Source: a plasmid
Length of the DNA stretch: 64,000 nucleotides
Sequence record: OW849071.1
Direction: 5' to 3' (one strand)
Shown here: positions 36,080 through 45,452 of the stretch, piece after piece
How positions within the stretch are numbered: position 1 is the stretch's first letter
Layout of the letters: each line of letters begins with the position of its first letter
The notes under the pieces: generated by a model
What the model saw: only the letters and a program-made list of their open reading frames with translations
What the model was told of the DNA's origin: nothing
The model's database searches: none
Translations under genes and position numbers: made by a program

Positions 36080-37814
36080 AAAACTGGGTCTTCCGCAACT
36101 TAGGTGGAGTTGTTTAAGCCAGAGGGCTCATGACTCGTCGTCGCAGTAACTCGAAGCCAGCTCGACCGTACATCTGCCGTTTCAGCATCTTCAGGCGGTT
36201 TACATGGCCTTCCACAACGCCATTACTCCATCTGCTGCTTATCGCTTCGTGTATTGCTGTTGCATCCGCTTCCATACCGGCCGCAACACGCTGAAGGTCA
36301 ATGAGCCCACTTTGACTGACGTCAGAGAACCATTGATTTAACTGCGATTTATTCTTCGTTTTCAACATTCGATAGAAGTCGAGCGACAGCTGTTGCGCCA
36401 TTTTCAGTTGCGGTTCTTTCTGGCACATCGATTCGATGAAGCGGGATGCATAGTTTTCTTCTCCTCTGATCATTCGCCAGGGCATTAACCAGCGGCTTAC
36501 TCTGGATGCTGAGGGGAGTCGAACTGGGGCGATAACGGGACTGTTAACCTGCTTACGCCACTTAGCCACAGCATCCCTGACCGTCGTTTCGCTCCCGGTG
36601 AAGCCAGCATTTACCATCTCCCGCCATAGCTGCCCGGCATTATGGTTACCGTTTATCCGTTGTTCTTCCAGCCATTCCTGCCATGGTTCAAGTAACCCGG
36701 GTCTGGGTGGCTTAGTTGATATTTCAGGGAACGCTTTTGACTGTATCCACCGGCGAACCGTCACCCGGGACAGTCCGGTGATACGCGATATTTCTCTTAT
36801 CCCACAACCCTTTTTATGAAGAGAGTCTACCTCAGCCCAGCGCTGATACCGTTTGTCACGTCGCTCTCGTTTAATACGTTCAGGGCGACGTAACGTTGAC
36901 GTTGGCACCAAAGACGCTTCAGCATTCTGTTTTTTGGGGGGATAACTCGGTGGCCACCAGTCGTATCAATGGCATGTGTCTGTACATCATGCGCTCCAGC
37001 GCATCACCAATATTCTTCAGCAGATGCCAGCGATCGGCCACCTGTATTGCCTGCGGTGCACCATCGCGAGCAGCTAACGCATAGATCCCCCCACGATCGC
37101 GTGAGACGACCTGTATTTCTGGGTATTTTTTGAACCATGCCGCCAGAGTGCGTTGCTCCCGGCCTGGCAGTAACACCAGGGGGCGATGGGTATCAAGATT
37201 TACGATCAGTGTGCCGTACCTGTGGCCCCGATGCCATGCCCACTCGTCAATACCAACATGCCTGGTCCGGTTCTCTGTTTGTTCCGGAGCTTGAACCACT
37301 CTGCGCAGTAAAGTATCCGCGCTGATCTGTATTCCTGAAGCTACTGCAGCTCGTCTCCCTGCTTCACCACCTGCGATAAGCCCCAGCTGATGCTGCAGAT
37401 TTTTCAGCAATGCAGAAGACTGCTGCTGCGGGCCTGCAAAGGGAGCAAGCGATTCAGCAAAAATTTTACGTGAACAGGAAGGGTTACGACAGTACCAGTG
37501 CCGGATGGCGAAGACTAACCAGAGGGCCTGGCCTGAGCATGGAAGATGCTGTACTCGCCTCCGCCGGCAACTATGAACAGAATGACTGTGCGTGAGGCAC
37601 TCAGGACATGATGCCGTTTTACGTGTGGCGCGGAGATGGAGGGTTATTCCATCAGTACCAGTAATCTGTCGGCAGGTTTGCCACCCGCGCGGTAGCTGTA
37701 AAAGTCTCTTAAGTGAGGCCATTTTGTTATACATAACTTAAAACAGCTTAGATCCTTGTTAACTAAAAAGTTTCATCAATTTTTGTCCACCTAAGTTGCG
37801 GAAGACCCACTTTT
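36080..37814 (-). mobile_element. ISL3-family insertion sequence
   Basis: Terminal inverted repeats of about 29 bp, AAAA(C/G)TGGGTCTTCCGCAACTTAGGTGGA, lie at 36081-36108 and 37786-37813. Confidence 0.7.
36114..37734 (-). pseudogene. ISL3-family transposase, split by a frameshift at a C6A6 tract
   Basis: The N-terminal zf-ISL3 plus DDE region lies in ORF 36919-37734. The C-terminal region (WSNGVVEGHVNRLKMLKRQMYGRAGFELLRRRV) lies in ORF 36114-36911 in a different frame. The junction is at the minus-strand CCCCCCAAAAAA run at 36930-36941. Confidence 0.65.
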
Positions 37815-38305
37815 TACCCGTTGTTGACAGCGGAGCACACCTTAACCCCGTGGTAAGCCTGATTTTTTATCTGATCGGGGCCTGCTCTTTCAGGGCAACC
37901 ATGAATTACATCGTGGCTCAGTTGTTAGGGGCCGGCGCTGCTGCACTGTGCCTGAAGGCTGTCTTTGGCCACTCCCTGCTGGCCGGGGTGACCCGGGTCC
38001 ATATGGGGGTATCACTGTACAATGCCTTTTTCATCGAAGGTGTCATGACTTTTATTCTGATTATGAGCATCCTAACGACCAGAAACCCCGCGATTATCAG
38101 CATTGCTGTTTTTCTTGATGCTTTTATTGGCGGGCCGCTGACGGGGGCAAGCATGAACCCGGCCCGTAGCTTCGGGCCGGCATTGGCCATGGGATACTGG
38201 GATAATCAGTGGCTGTACTGGGCCGCTCCGCTGTCTGGCGGGCTTGTAGCTGTTGCGTGCTGCCAGCTGTTTATGCCGCAACTGAAGTCACCCTCACCGG
38301 AATAA
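37815..38305 (+). pseudogene. 5'-truncated MIP-family aquaglyceroporin (AqpS/GlpF-like)
   Basis: Both NPA boxes are present (GAHLNPVVS, GASMNPARSFGPA). The first lies only about 17 codons from the ISL3 end, so the N-terminal TM1-TM2 are missing. Confidence 0.65.
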
Positions 38306-38321
38306 AGTCCCTTCCAGGACA

Positions 38322-38357
38322 GAATGCCTCTGATGAACAGAGGCATTCTTTTTTTCA
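38322..38357. terminator. Hairpin terminator between the MIP remnant and the GNAT gene
   Basis: GAATGCCTCTGATGAACAGAGGCATTC followed by T8. Confidence 0.45.
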
Positions 38358-38882
38358 GCAACCCACTGTCCGGCTACGCCTTTCCAGAATGAGAACATCT
38401 CTCCATTTTCCGTTCATTTCACCCACTTTTTCCCGGCAGCCGACTTCCCTGAATCCCTGGCTGCGATGTAAAGCAACACTGGCCTGGTTTTCCGGAAAGA
38501 TGCCAGCAAGTAGCGTCCAGAAACCCGCACTTTCCGAGCCCTTTATCAGCCCGGAGAGCAAAGCCCTGCCCGCGCCTTTTCCCTGAAAATGAGTACTGAC
38601 ATAAATGCTCAGCTCTGCGACACCGCGGTATGCATGCCGGCGGGAAAAAGGAGATAGCGCAGCCCATCCCACCACTCTGTTATCAACAGTGGCGACGTAG
38701 CGGCAGTCCTGAAGATGCCCTTCATTCCATTCCAGCCACTCAGGTGCTGCGGTCTGAAAGGTGGCGTTCCCTGTTGCAATTCCTTCCTGATAAATTTCCC
38801 TGACTGCACACCAGTCCTCTTCGTGCATTTTTCTAATGATGATCTCTGCCATTTCTCTGTACCGTATGTTTGCTGTATTCAT
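38355..38882 (-). CDS. GNAT acetyltransferase, phosphinothricin-acetyltransferase (PAT/ArsN1-like) family
   Basis: A PAT-type motif is present (HFQGKGAGRALLSGLI...NGKWRDVLILER). ars genes sit next to it. Confidence 0.7.
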   Translation of the reverse strand: MNTANIRYREMAEIIIRKMHEEDWCAVREIYQEGIATGNATFQTAAPEWLEWNEGHLQDCRYVATVDNRVVGWAALSPFSRRHAYRGVAELSIYVSTHFQGKGAGRALLSGLIKGSESAGFWTLLAGIFPENQASVALHRSQGFREVGCREKVGEMNGKWRDVLILERRSRTVGC

Positions 38883-39133
38883 AGGCAGTCAGAAAACGAG
38901 CCTGCCTGGGCTTCCCGGCGGCGGGACATAATGCGCCCGTCAGCAAAGGATGAAGGTCATTTTATTTTTAGCGGGAATCGGTTTCTACTGTGACGGATTC
39001 ATATGCATTTTTCCATATATATTGTGACGTACCTCATTTCTGAGAGGTATAAACACCGATCATGTTTTCTCCATGCCGCGTAAGTGTAAGGCCCCGGAGA
39101 TGGAGTCATATTATGGACGTGGTTGCGCTCACT

Positions 39134-39175
39134 ATATATTTCTATTATTCTGGAAATATAGAAATAAAATTACGA
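39134..39175. promoter_or_regulatory. Putative ArsR operator: AT-rich inverted repeat ATTTCTAT...ATAGAAAT
   Basis: The palindrome ends 10 bp before the arsR2 start codon at 39184. Confidence 0.35.
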
Positions 39176-39183
39176 GGAATGGG

Positions 39184-39510
39184 ATGGAGCTGAAAATCGC
39201 CGCGATGGTGCTGAAAGAACTTGGCCACACCACTCGTCTCGATATTTACAAAACACTCGTTAAGGCCGGACGTCAGGGACTGCCCGTGGGGGAACTGCAG
39301 CAACATCTCGCCATTCCGGCCTCGACCCTGAGTCATCATCTTTCATCGCTGATATCCGTCTCACTGGTTCGCCAGGAAAGGCAGGGGAGAACACTGTTCT
39401 GCCACGCCTGTTATGACAACCTTGCTGCATTGATTGCCTTTCTGACAGAAGAGTGCTGTGCAGACGAATATGCCCCGCCTGGTTTTATGTCACCACCGGA
39501 GAAAAAATGA
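39184..39510 (+). CDS. arsR: ArsR/SmtB-family repressor (C-terminal Cys type)
   Basis: A wHTH is present ([41 protein letters not shown]). C-terminal cysteines (FCHACY...EECCADE) replace the classical ELCVCD site. Confidence 0.7.
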   Translation: MELKIAAMVLKELGHTTRLDIYKTLVKAGRQGLPVGELQQHLAIPASTLSHHLSSLISVSLVRQERQGRTLFCHACYDNLAALIAFLTEECCADEYAPPGFMSPPEKK

Positions 39511-40220
39511 TTGCTGAACTGAAAAATGTTGTTCCTGAGCTGTTTGATACAGGTCTCACCGGGGTCCGCCTGGGTGTAAAGACAGTTGACCATCCTCCCC
39601 GGATCCTGATGTTGTACGGTTCCGTTCGAGAGCGGTCCTACAGCCGTCTGGCCACCGAAGAGGCTGCCCGGCTTCTTACCGCCATGGGTGCGGATGTCCG
39701 CATCTTTAATCCTTCCGGTCTCCCTCTGCCGGATGATGCAGCGGATACGCATCCCAGGGTTATGGAACTTCGCGAAATGGTGCGCTGGTCTGAAGGGATG
39801 GTATGGTGCTCTCCTGAACGTCATGGTGCGATGACCGGCATTATGAAAGCCCAGATTGACTGGATACCACTATCAGAGGGCGCAGTACGCCCTTCTCAGG
39901 GAAAAACCCTGGCCGTCATGCAGGTCTGCGGAGGCTCCCAGTCTTTCAATGCGGTAAACCAGATGCGTATTCTTGGCCGCTGGATGCGAATGATTACTAT
40001 ACCTAATCAATCCTCGGTAGCGAAAGCCTGGCAGGAGTTTGATGAAGACGGACGGATGAAACCATCCCCGTACTACGACCGTATTGTGGATGTAATGGAA
40101 GAGCTGATGAAGTTTACCCTGCTGACCCGGGAGTATGCAGCGTATCTCGTCGATCGCTACAGTGAACGTAAAGAGTCGGCAGAAGCACTTTCCCGGCGGG
40201 TGAATCAGAGCAAAATCTGA
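39507..40220 (+). CDS. arsH: ArsH NADPH-dependent FMN reductase (organoarsenical oxidase)
   Basis: It carries [18 protein letters not shown] and the ArsH family C-terminus. An ATGA overlap couples it to the arsR stop. Confidence 0.85.
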   Translation: MIAELKNVVPELFDTGLTGVRLGVKTVDHPPRILMLYGSVRERSYSRLATEEAARLLTAMGADVRIFNPSGLPLPDDAADTHPRVMELREMVRWSEGMVWCSPERHGAMTGIMKAQIDWIPLSEGAVRPSQGKTLAVMQVCGGSQSFNAVNQMRILGRWMRMITIPNQSSVAKAWQEFDEDGRMKPSPYYDRIVDVMEELMKFTLLTREYAAYLVDRYSERKESAEALSRRVNQSKI

Positions 40221-40228
40221 GGGCTGGT

Positions 40229-40774
40229 ATGAGTGATGTAACGGCATTCAACAACTGCATGAGCGTGTTCTGGCAACAGCATGAAGCAGAGCTCTCCCGT
40301 TTTCTGGCATCAAGGACAGGCGATCGGGAGCAGGCAGCCGATCTGCTTCAGGAAGTCTTCCTGCGCGCCCGGGCCTGTGCAGACCGCTTCTGTGAAATGG
40401 AGAACCCGCGGGCCTGGCTGTACCGGACGGCGAGGAATCTGCTGACGGATGAGTACCGTGCCGCCAGAGACGTCGTGGTGCTGGAAGACGAGATCCCGCT
40501 GCCTGACGCCTTCCATGAGGCGGTTTCAACGCTGGAGATTTGCCTGCCTGAAACCCTGCAGGCCTTACCTGACGAGGAAAGATGGCTGATAGAAGAGGCC
40601 GATCTGAACCGGCGTCCCCAGCAGCGCCTGGCCGACGAGCTGGGGATCACGCTGACGGCGTTTAAGTCGCGCCTGCTTCGCGCCCGGAAACATCTGAAGA
40701 AGACGATGACGGAACTCTGCCAGGTGGAAGTGGATGATGCGTCTTCCGTCTGCTGCCATAAAAAAATGGATTAA
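40229..40774 (+). CDS. ECF-type sigma-70 family sigma factor with Cys-containing C-terminal tail
   Basis: Region 2 is LLQEVFLRA...NPRAWLYRTARNLLTDEYR. Region 4 is LPDEERWLIEEADLNRRPQQRLADELGITLTAFKSRLLRARKHL. The tail is CQVEVDDASSVCCHKKMD. Confidence 0.7.
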   Translation: MSDVTAFNNCMSVFWQQHEAELSRFLASRTGDREQAADLLQEVFLRARACADRFCEMENPRAWLYRTARNLLTDEYRAARDVVVLEDEIPLPDAFHEAVSTLEICLPETLQALPDEERWLIEEADLNRRPQQRLADELGITLTAFKSRLLRARKHLKKTMTELCQVEVDDASSVCCHKKMD

Positions 40775-40849
40775 CCGCGCATCTTTTTCCCGCCTCACTC
40801 GTTTACCTCAGTGTAAAGCCCCATCATTCAACACTGAGGTAAACAGTCC

Positions 40850-41212
40850 ATGTCAAAAATTGAGATCTTTGAAGCCGCAGGCTGCTGTGCGACCAGCAGC
40901 GTCGTGGTCAGCGATGAAGCCGTCAAATGGAACGCCAGCGCCGAATGGGCGAAAAAGCATGGTGTGAATATTCAGCGTTACAGCTTGGCAAAGAACCCGC
41001 AGCAGTTCCTGAATACGCCCGTCATCAGGGCCTTCCTGAACACGTCAGGAATGGAGTCCCTTCCCGCTACCCTGCTTGACGGCCAGCTGGTGATGGCGGG
41101 CAAGCTCCCGTCCCGGGAAGATATCGCCCGCTGGGCCGGTATTTCCCTCACGCAGGACTGGAATGAAGACAGCACGCAGCCGCGCTGCTGCAGCATTCCC
41201 CGTATGCCTTAA
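40850..41212 (+). CDS. arsD: ArsD-like metallochaperone paralog (Cys12/Cys13 present, Cys18 absent)
   Basis: It aligns with the minus-strand ArsD (AAGCCATSS versus AMCCSTGVCG; LLDGQLVMAGKLPSREDIARWAGI versus LLDGETVMAGRYPKRAELARWFGI). Confidence 0.65.
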   Translation: MSKIEIFEAAGCCATSSVVVSDEAVKWNASAEWAKKHGVNIQRYSLAKNPQQFLNTPVIRAFLNTSGMESLPATLLDGQLVMAGKLPSREDIARWAGISLTQDWNEDSTQPRCCSIPRMP

Positions 41213-41230
41213 TCCCGGAGGAGCTCAACA

Positions 41231-42987
41231 ATGACGATGCCATTTTTACAGAATATCCCCCCGTTTATCTTCTTCACCGGCAAAGGCGGCGTGGGGAAAA
41301 CCTCTCTGGCCTGCGCGACGGCGGTATGGCTGGCTGACCAGGGCCGGAGAACGCTTCTGGTCAGTACCGATCCGGCCTCCAATGTCGGTCAGGTCTTCAG
41401 CCAGACTGTGGGCCACCGGATCACTGGTATCCGCACCGTGGAAAACCTTGCGGCAATGGAAGTTGACCCGATGGCGGCCGCGCAGGCTTACCGCGATCGC
41501 GTGCTCGATCCTGTTCGTGAACTGATGCCTGCCGATGTCATCAGCAACATTGAAGAACAGCTTTCCGGTTCATGTACCACGGAGATCGCGGCGTTTGATG
41601 AATTTACCGCGCTGCTGACCAGTCATGAACTGCGCGAAAAATATGATCATATCGTCTTTGATACTGCACCAACCGGACACACCATCCGTATGCTTGAGCT
41701 GCCGGGCGCCTGGAGCGGGTACCTCGATGCACATCCTGATGCTGCGGCGAACCTCGGCCCTCTGGTGGGGCTGGAGAAACAACAGGACCAGTACGCTGAC
41801 GCAGTGAAAGCCCTCTCTGATACGGCACTCACGCGACTGGTTCTGGTTGCCCGCGCACAGGCGTCGACCCTGAAAGAGGTCTCCCATACCCACGAGGAGC
41901 TGTCGGCTATCGGTCTGCAGCATCAGCACCTTGCCATCAATGGCGTGCTGCCTCCCTTTGCCGGTGAACAGGATCCGCTGGCGCACAGTATTCTGGCGCG
42001 GGAGGAACGGGCCTTACGGGCCATGCCTGAAAACCTCGCGCATCTTCCCCGGTCGATGCTGTATCTGAAGCCTTTTAATCTGGTTGGTCTGGAAGCCCTG
42101 AGGGCGCTGTTTACAGAGAGCACACTTGTTCTGCCGGATCCGGGAGCCACGCTCACGACGGTCGATTTACCGGAGCTTGCCTCCCTGGTGGAGGACCTCA
42201 GCCGAGCGGGAAAAGGGCTGGTCATGACGATGGGAAAAGGGGGCGTGGGGAAAACCACGGTGGCGGCTGCGGTCGCGGTCTCGCTGGCCAGACGCGGTCA
42301 TAAAGTCCACCTGACCACCTCCGATCCGGCAGCCACCTGTCTTACACCCTGGATGGCTCGCTGCCAGGCCTTCAGGTCAGCCGTATCGATCCAAAAGCAG
42401 AGACTGAGCGCTATCGTCGCTTTGTGCTGGAAAATCAGGGAAAAGGTCTGGATGAAGAGGGACTGGCGGTACTGGAGGAAGATCTCCGTTCCCCCTGCAC
42501 CGAAGAGATTGCCGTGTTTCAGGCATTCTCCCGGATCATCAAAGAGGCCAACGACCATTTTGTCATTATAGACACTGCGCCCACCGGGCATACGCTGCTG
42601 TTGCTGGATGCAACCGGGGCCTATCACCGGGAAATGGTGCGCCAGATGGGGCAGGCTCACGATCACGTGATAACGCCAATGATGCAGCTGCAGGATCCGG
42701 AGAAGACCAGAGTCATTATCGTGACGCTTGCCGAAACCACGCCGGTACTGGAAGCGGCCGGGCTGCAGCAGGACTTACGCCGGGCCGGGATTGAACCCTG
42801 GGCGTGGGTCATCAATAACAGCCTCGCGGCCGCGAAGCCGTCCTCCCCGTTCCTGGTCACCCGTGCCCGTCGCGAACTGCCGCTGATCGACGACGTTGCC
42901 GGGCATTATGCACAGCGCATTGCCCTGACGCCACTGCTGAAGGACGACCCGGTAGGCGTGGACCTGCTGGCTGAAATGGCGGGCTGA
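41231..42987 (+). pseudogene. arsA: ArsA arsenite-stimulated ATPase, frameshifted (1-bp deletion near 42335)
   Basis: The first half and the start of the second P-loop are intact up to TTSDPAA. The frame is then lost, and ORF 42424-42987 in another frame continues the ArsA second half. The expected gcc-cac-ctg reads gcc-acc-tg. Confidence 0.75.
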
Positions 42988-43108
42988 CAGGTGGGGCGAC
43001 GCCCTACCTCCACTTAAAACATTTCCTTATACAGGTCATAAGATGAAGCGCTTAATCTGCCGTCGCGAATTCCGGTAGTGTGTCAGTCAACGTCACAGGA
43101 GTCATACA

Positions 43109-43645
43109 ATGCACATTATCAATGCTGAAGAGCAGCACATTCCCGCCATACGGCGCATTTACGCCCATCATGTCCTGCACGGCACAGGCAGCTTCGAGAC
43201 GGAACCCCCGGACACGCAGGAAATGCTTGCCCGGGTGAAAAATGTTCAGTCACGTGGATTTCCCTGGTATATCGCCCTGCAGGGGGAGACGGTCATCGGC
43301 TACTGTTATCTCTCCCGCTACCGCGAACGCCATGCCTACCGGTTTACGGTTGAAAATTCGGTGTACATCGATCCGGCTTATCAGCGGCAGGGGGGCGGAA
43401 AAGCCTTACTCGATCATGCCTTAACATGGGCCCGGTCTCAGGGATACCGCCAGATGATAGCGGTTGTGGGGGACAGTGCGAACGTCGCGTCTGTAGCGCT
43501 GCATCTTCGCGCCGGATTTACTGAAATCGGCACGCTGAAGGACATCGGTTTCAAGCATGGCCGCTGGCTGGACACGGTGTTGCTGCAGCGTCAGCTGGGA
43601 AAAGGGAGCTGTACGCTGCCGGACAGTCCGGTACCCGGACGCTGA
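43109..43645 (+). CDS. GNAT acetyltransferase, PAT/ArsN1-like family (second copy)
   Basis: YQRQGGGKALLDHAL...FKHGRWLDTVLLQRQLG. Confidence 0.7.
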   Translation: MHIINAEEQHIPAIRRIYAHHVLHGTGSFETEPPDTQEMLARVKNVQSRGFPWYIALQGETVIGYCYLSRYRERHAYRFTVENSVYIDPAYQRQGGGKALLDHALTWARSQGYRQMIAVVGDSANVASVALHLRAGFTEIGTLKDIGFKHGRWLDTVLLQRQLGKGSCTLPDSPVPGR

Positions 43646-43652
43646 GGCAGGA

Positions 43653-43674
43653 GAAAGGGGGCATCGCCCCCTTT
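43653..43674. terminator. Bidirectional terminator between the convergent GNAT and arsC genes
   Basis: GAAAGGGGGCATCGCCCCCTTTC. Confidence 0.55.
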
Positions 43675-43677
43675 CGG

Positions 43678-44103
43678 TTATTTCAGCCGTTTCCCTGCCT
43701 CATCTACTACTTTCTCGCCGTCTTCCTTAGCAAATGCGCCTTTTTGCGCATCCGGAAGAATATCCAGTACCACTTCGGAAGGGCGGCACAGACGCGTTCC
43801 CAACGGTGTCACCACAATCGGACGGTTAATCAGGATCGGATGCTGAAGCATAAAATCGATTAACTGATCGTCAGTAAACTTATCTTCCTCAAGCCCCAGT
43901 TCTTCATAAGGCTCGACGTTTTTGCGCAGCAAAGCCCGGACTGAAATGCCCATATCTGCAATGAGTTTGACCAGCTCATCGCGTGACGGTGGATTTTCAA
44001 GGTAATGAATAACGGTCGGTTCATTACCACTGTTGCGGATCATCTCCAGCGTATTACGCGACGTGCCGCAGGCCGGGTTGTGATAAATGGTGATGTTGCT
44101 CAT
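43678..44103 (-). CDS. arsC: ArsC arsenate reductase (glutaredoxin-coupled, R773 type)
   Basis: The 141 aa product starts MSNITIYHNPACGTSRNTL. Confidence 0.9.
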   Translation of the reverse strand: MSNITIYHNPACGTSRNTLEMIRNSGNEPTVIHYLENPPSRDELVKLIADMGISVRALLRKNVEPYEELGLEEDKFTDDQLIDFMLQHPILINRPIVVTPLGTRLCRPSEVVLDILPDAQKGAFAKEDGEKVVDEAGKRLK

Positions 44104-44115
44104 ATCAGTATCTCA

Positions 44116-45405
44116 TTACAAAGTGAAAGAGAGACGTAGCGCCAGCGCTGCCAGCGTTACAAACAGCACAGGCAGAGTCATGACGATCCCGGTGCGGAAA
44201 TAGTATCCCCAGGTGATGGTCATATTCTTCTGTGAAAGGACATGCAGCCAGAGCAGCGTTGCCAGGCTACCAATAGGTGTAATTTTAGGTCCCAGATCGC
44301 AGCCAATCACGTTGGCGTAGATCATCGCTTCTTTGATAACGCCTGTTGCGGTGCTTCCATCGATAGAAAGAGCGCCAACCAGCACGGTAGGCATGTTGTT
44401 CATGATGGAAGACAGGAAAGCCGTCAGGAAGCCAGTACCCAGCGTTGCAGCCCAGAGTCCTTTATCCGCAAGTACATTCAGCACACCTGAAAGGTATTCG
44501 GTTAGCCCGGCGTTGCGCAGACCGTAGACCACCAGGTACATCCCCAATGAGAAGATGACGATCTGCCATGGCGCACCGCGCAGCACTTTGCCAGTTTTAA
44601 TGGCATGGCCTCGTTTAGCTACTGCAAACAGGATCACAGCTCCAACAGCCGCAATCGCGCTAACGGGAATACCAAGCGGCTCAAGGACAAAGAACCCAAC
44701 CAGCAGAAGTATTAAAACTATCCAGCCGGTTCTGAAGGTTGCCAGATCTTTAATCGCTTTTGCCGGTGCTTTCAGAAGAGCCAGGTCGTAAGTCGGTGGG
44801 ATATCCTTGCGGAAGAACAAATGCAGCATAACCAACGTGGCAACAATGGCTGCAATATCCACCGGCACCATTACCGACGCATACTCGGTGAAGCCCAGTC
44901 CAAAGAAGTCTGCAGAAACGATGTTAACCAGGTTGGACACGATAAGCGGCAGGCTGGCTGTATCGGCAATAAACCCGGCAGCCATGACGAATGCCAGTGT
45001 CGTGCCTTTGCTGAACCCTAATGCCAGCAGCATGGCGATGACTATCGGCGTCAGAATAAGTGCCGCACCATCGTTGGCAAACAGTGCCGCCACCGCTGCA
45101 CCAAGCAGAACGATATACGTAAAGAGCAAACGGCCACGACCGTTACCCCAGCGCGAAACATGCAATGCCGCCCATTCGAAAAAGCCGGACTCATCAAGCA
45201 GCAGGCTGATAATAATCACGGCAATAAAGGTCGCCGTCGCGTTCCAGACGATATTCCACACCACCGGAATATCGCCCACATGCACAACGCCAGATATCAG
45301 AGCCAGTCCCGCGCCCAGCATTGCACTCCAGCCGATCCCTAATCCCTTTGGTTGCCAGATAACCAAAACAATGGTCAGGACAAAAATAGCGCCTGCCAGT
45401 AACAT
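44116..45405 (-). CDS. arsB: ArsB arsenite/antimonite efflux permease
   Basis: The 429 aa product has 12 TM segments and belongs to the ArsB family. Confidence 0.9.
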   Translation of the reverse strand: MLLAGAIFVLTIVLVIWQPKGLGIGWSAMLGAGLALISGVVHVGDIPVVWNIVWNATATFIAVIIISLLLDESGFFEWAALHVSRWGNGRGRLLFTYIVLLGAAVAALFANDGAALILTPIVIAMLLALGFSKGTTLAFVMAAGFIADTASLPLIVSNLVNIVSADFFGLGFTEYASVMVPVDIAAIVATLVMLHLFFRKDIPPTYDLALLKAPAKAIKDLATFRTGWIVLILLLVGFFVLEPLGIPVSAIAAVGAVILFAVAKRGHAIKTGKVLRGAPWQIVIFSLGMYLVVYGLRNAGLTEYLSGVLNVLADKGLWAATLGTGFLTAFLSSIMNNMPTVLVGALSIDGSTATGVIKEAMIYANVIGCDLGPKITPIGSLATLLWLHVLSQKNMTITWGYYFRTGIVMTLPVLFVTLAALALRLSFTL

Positions 45406-45452
45406 AAAACCTCCTGACAGGGCGACTTTGTCGCCCTGTAGATGTCAAAAAA

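Noticed and set aside
36912-36945. Programmed ribosomal frameshifting in the ISL3 transposase.
   Set aside because: ISL3-family transposases are single-ORF enzymes. A C6A6 run splitting the gene is more simply explained as a mutational frameshift or a sequencing error.
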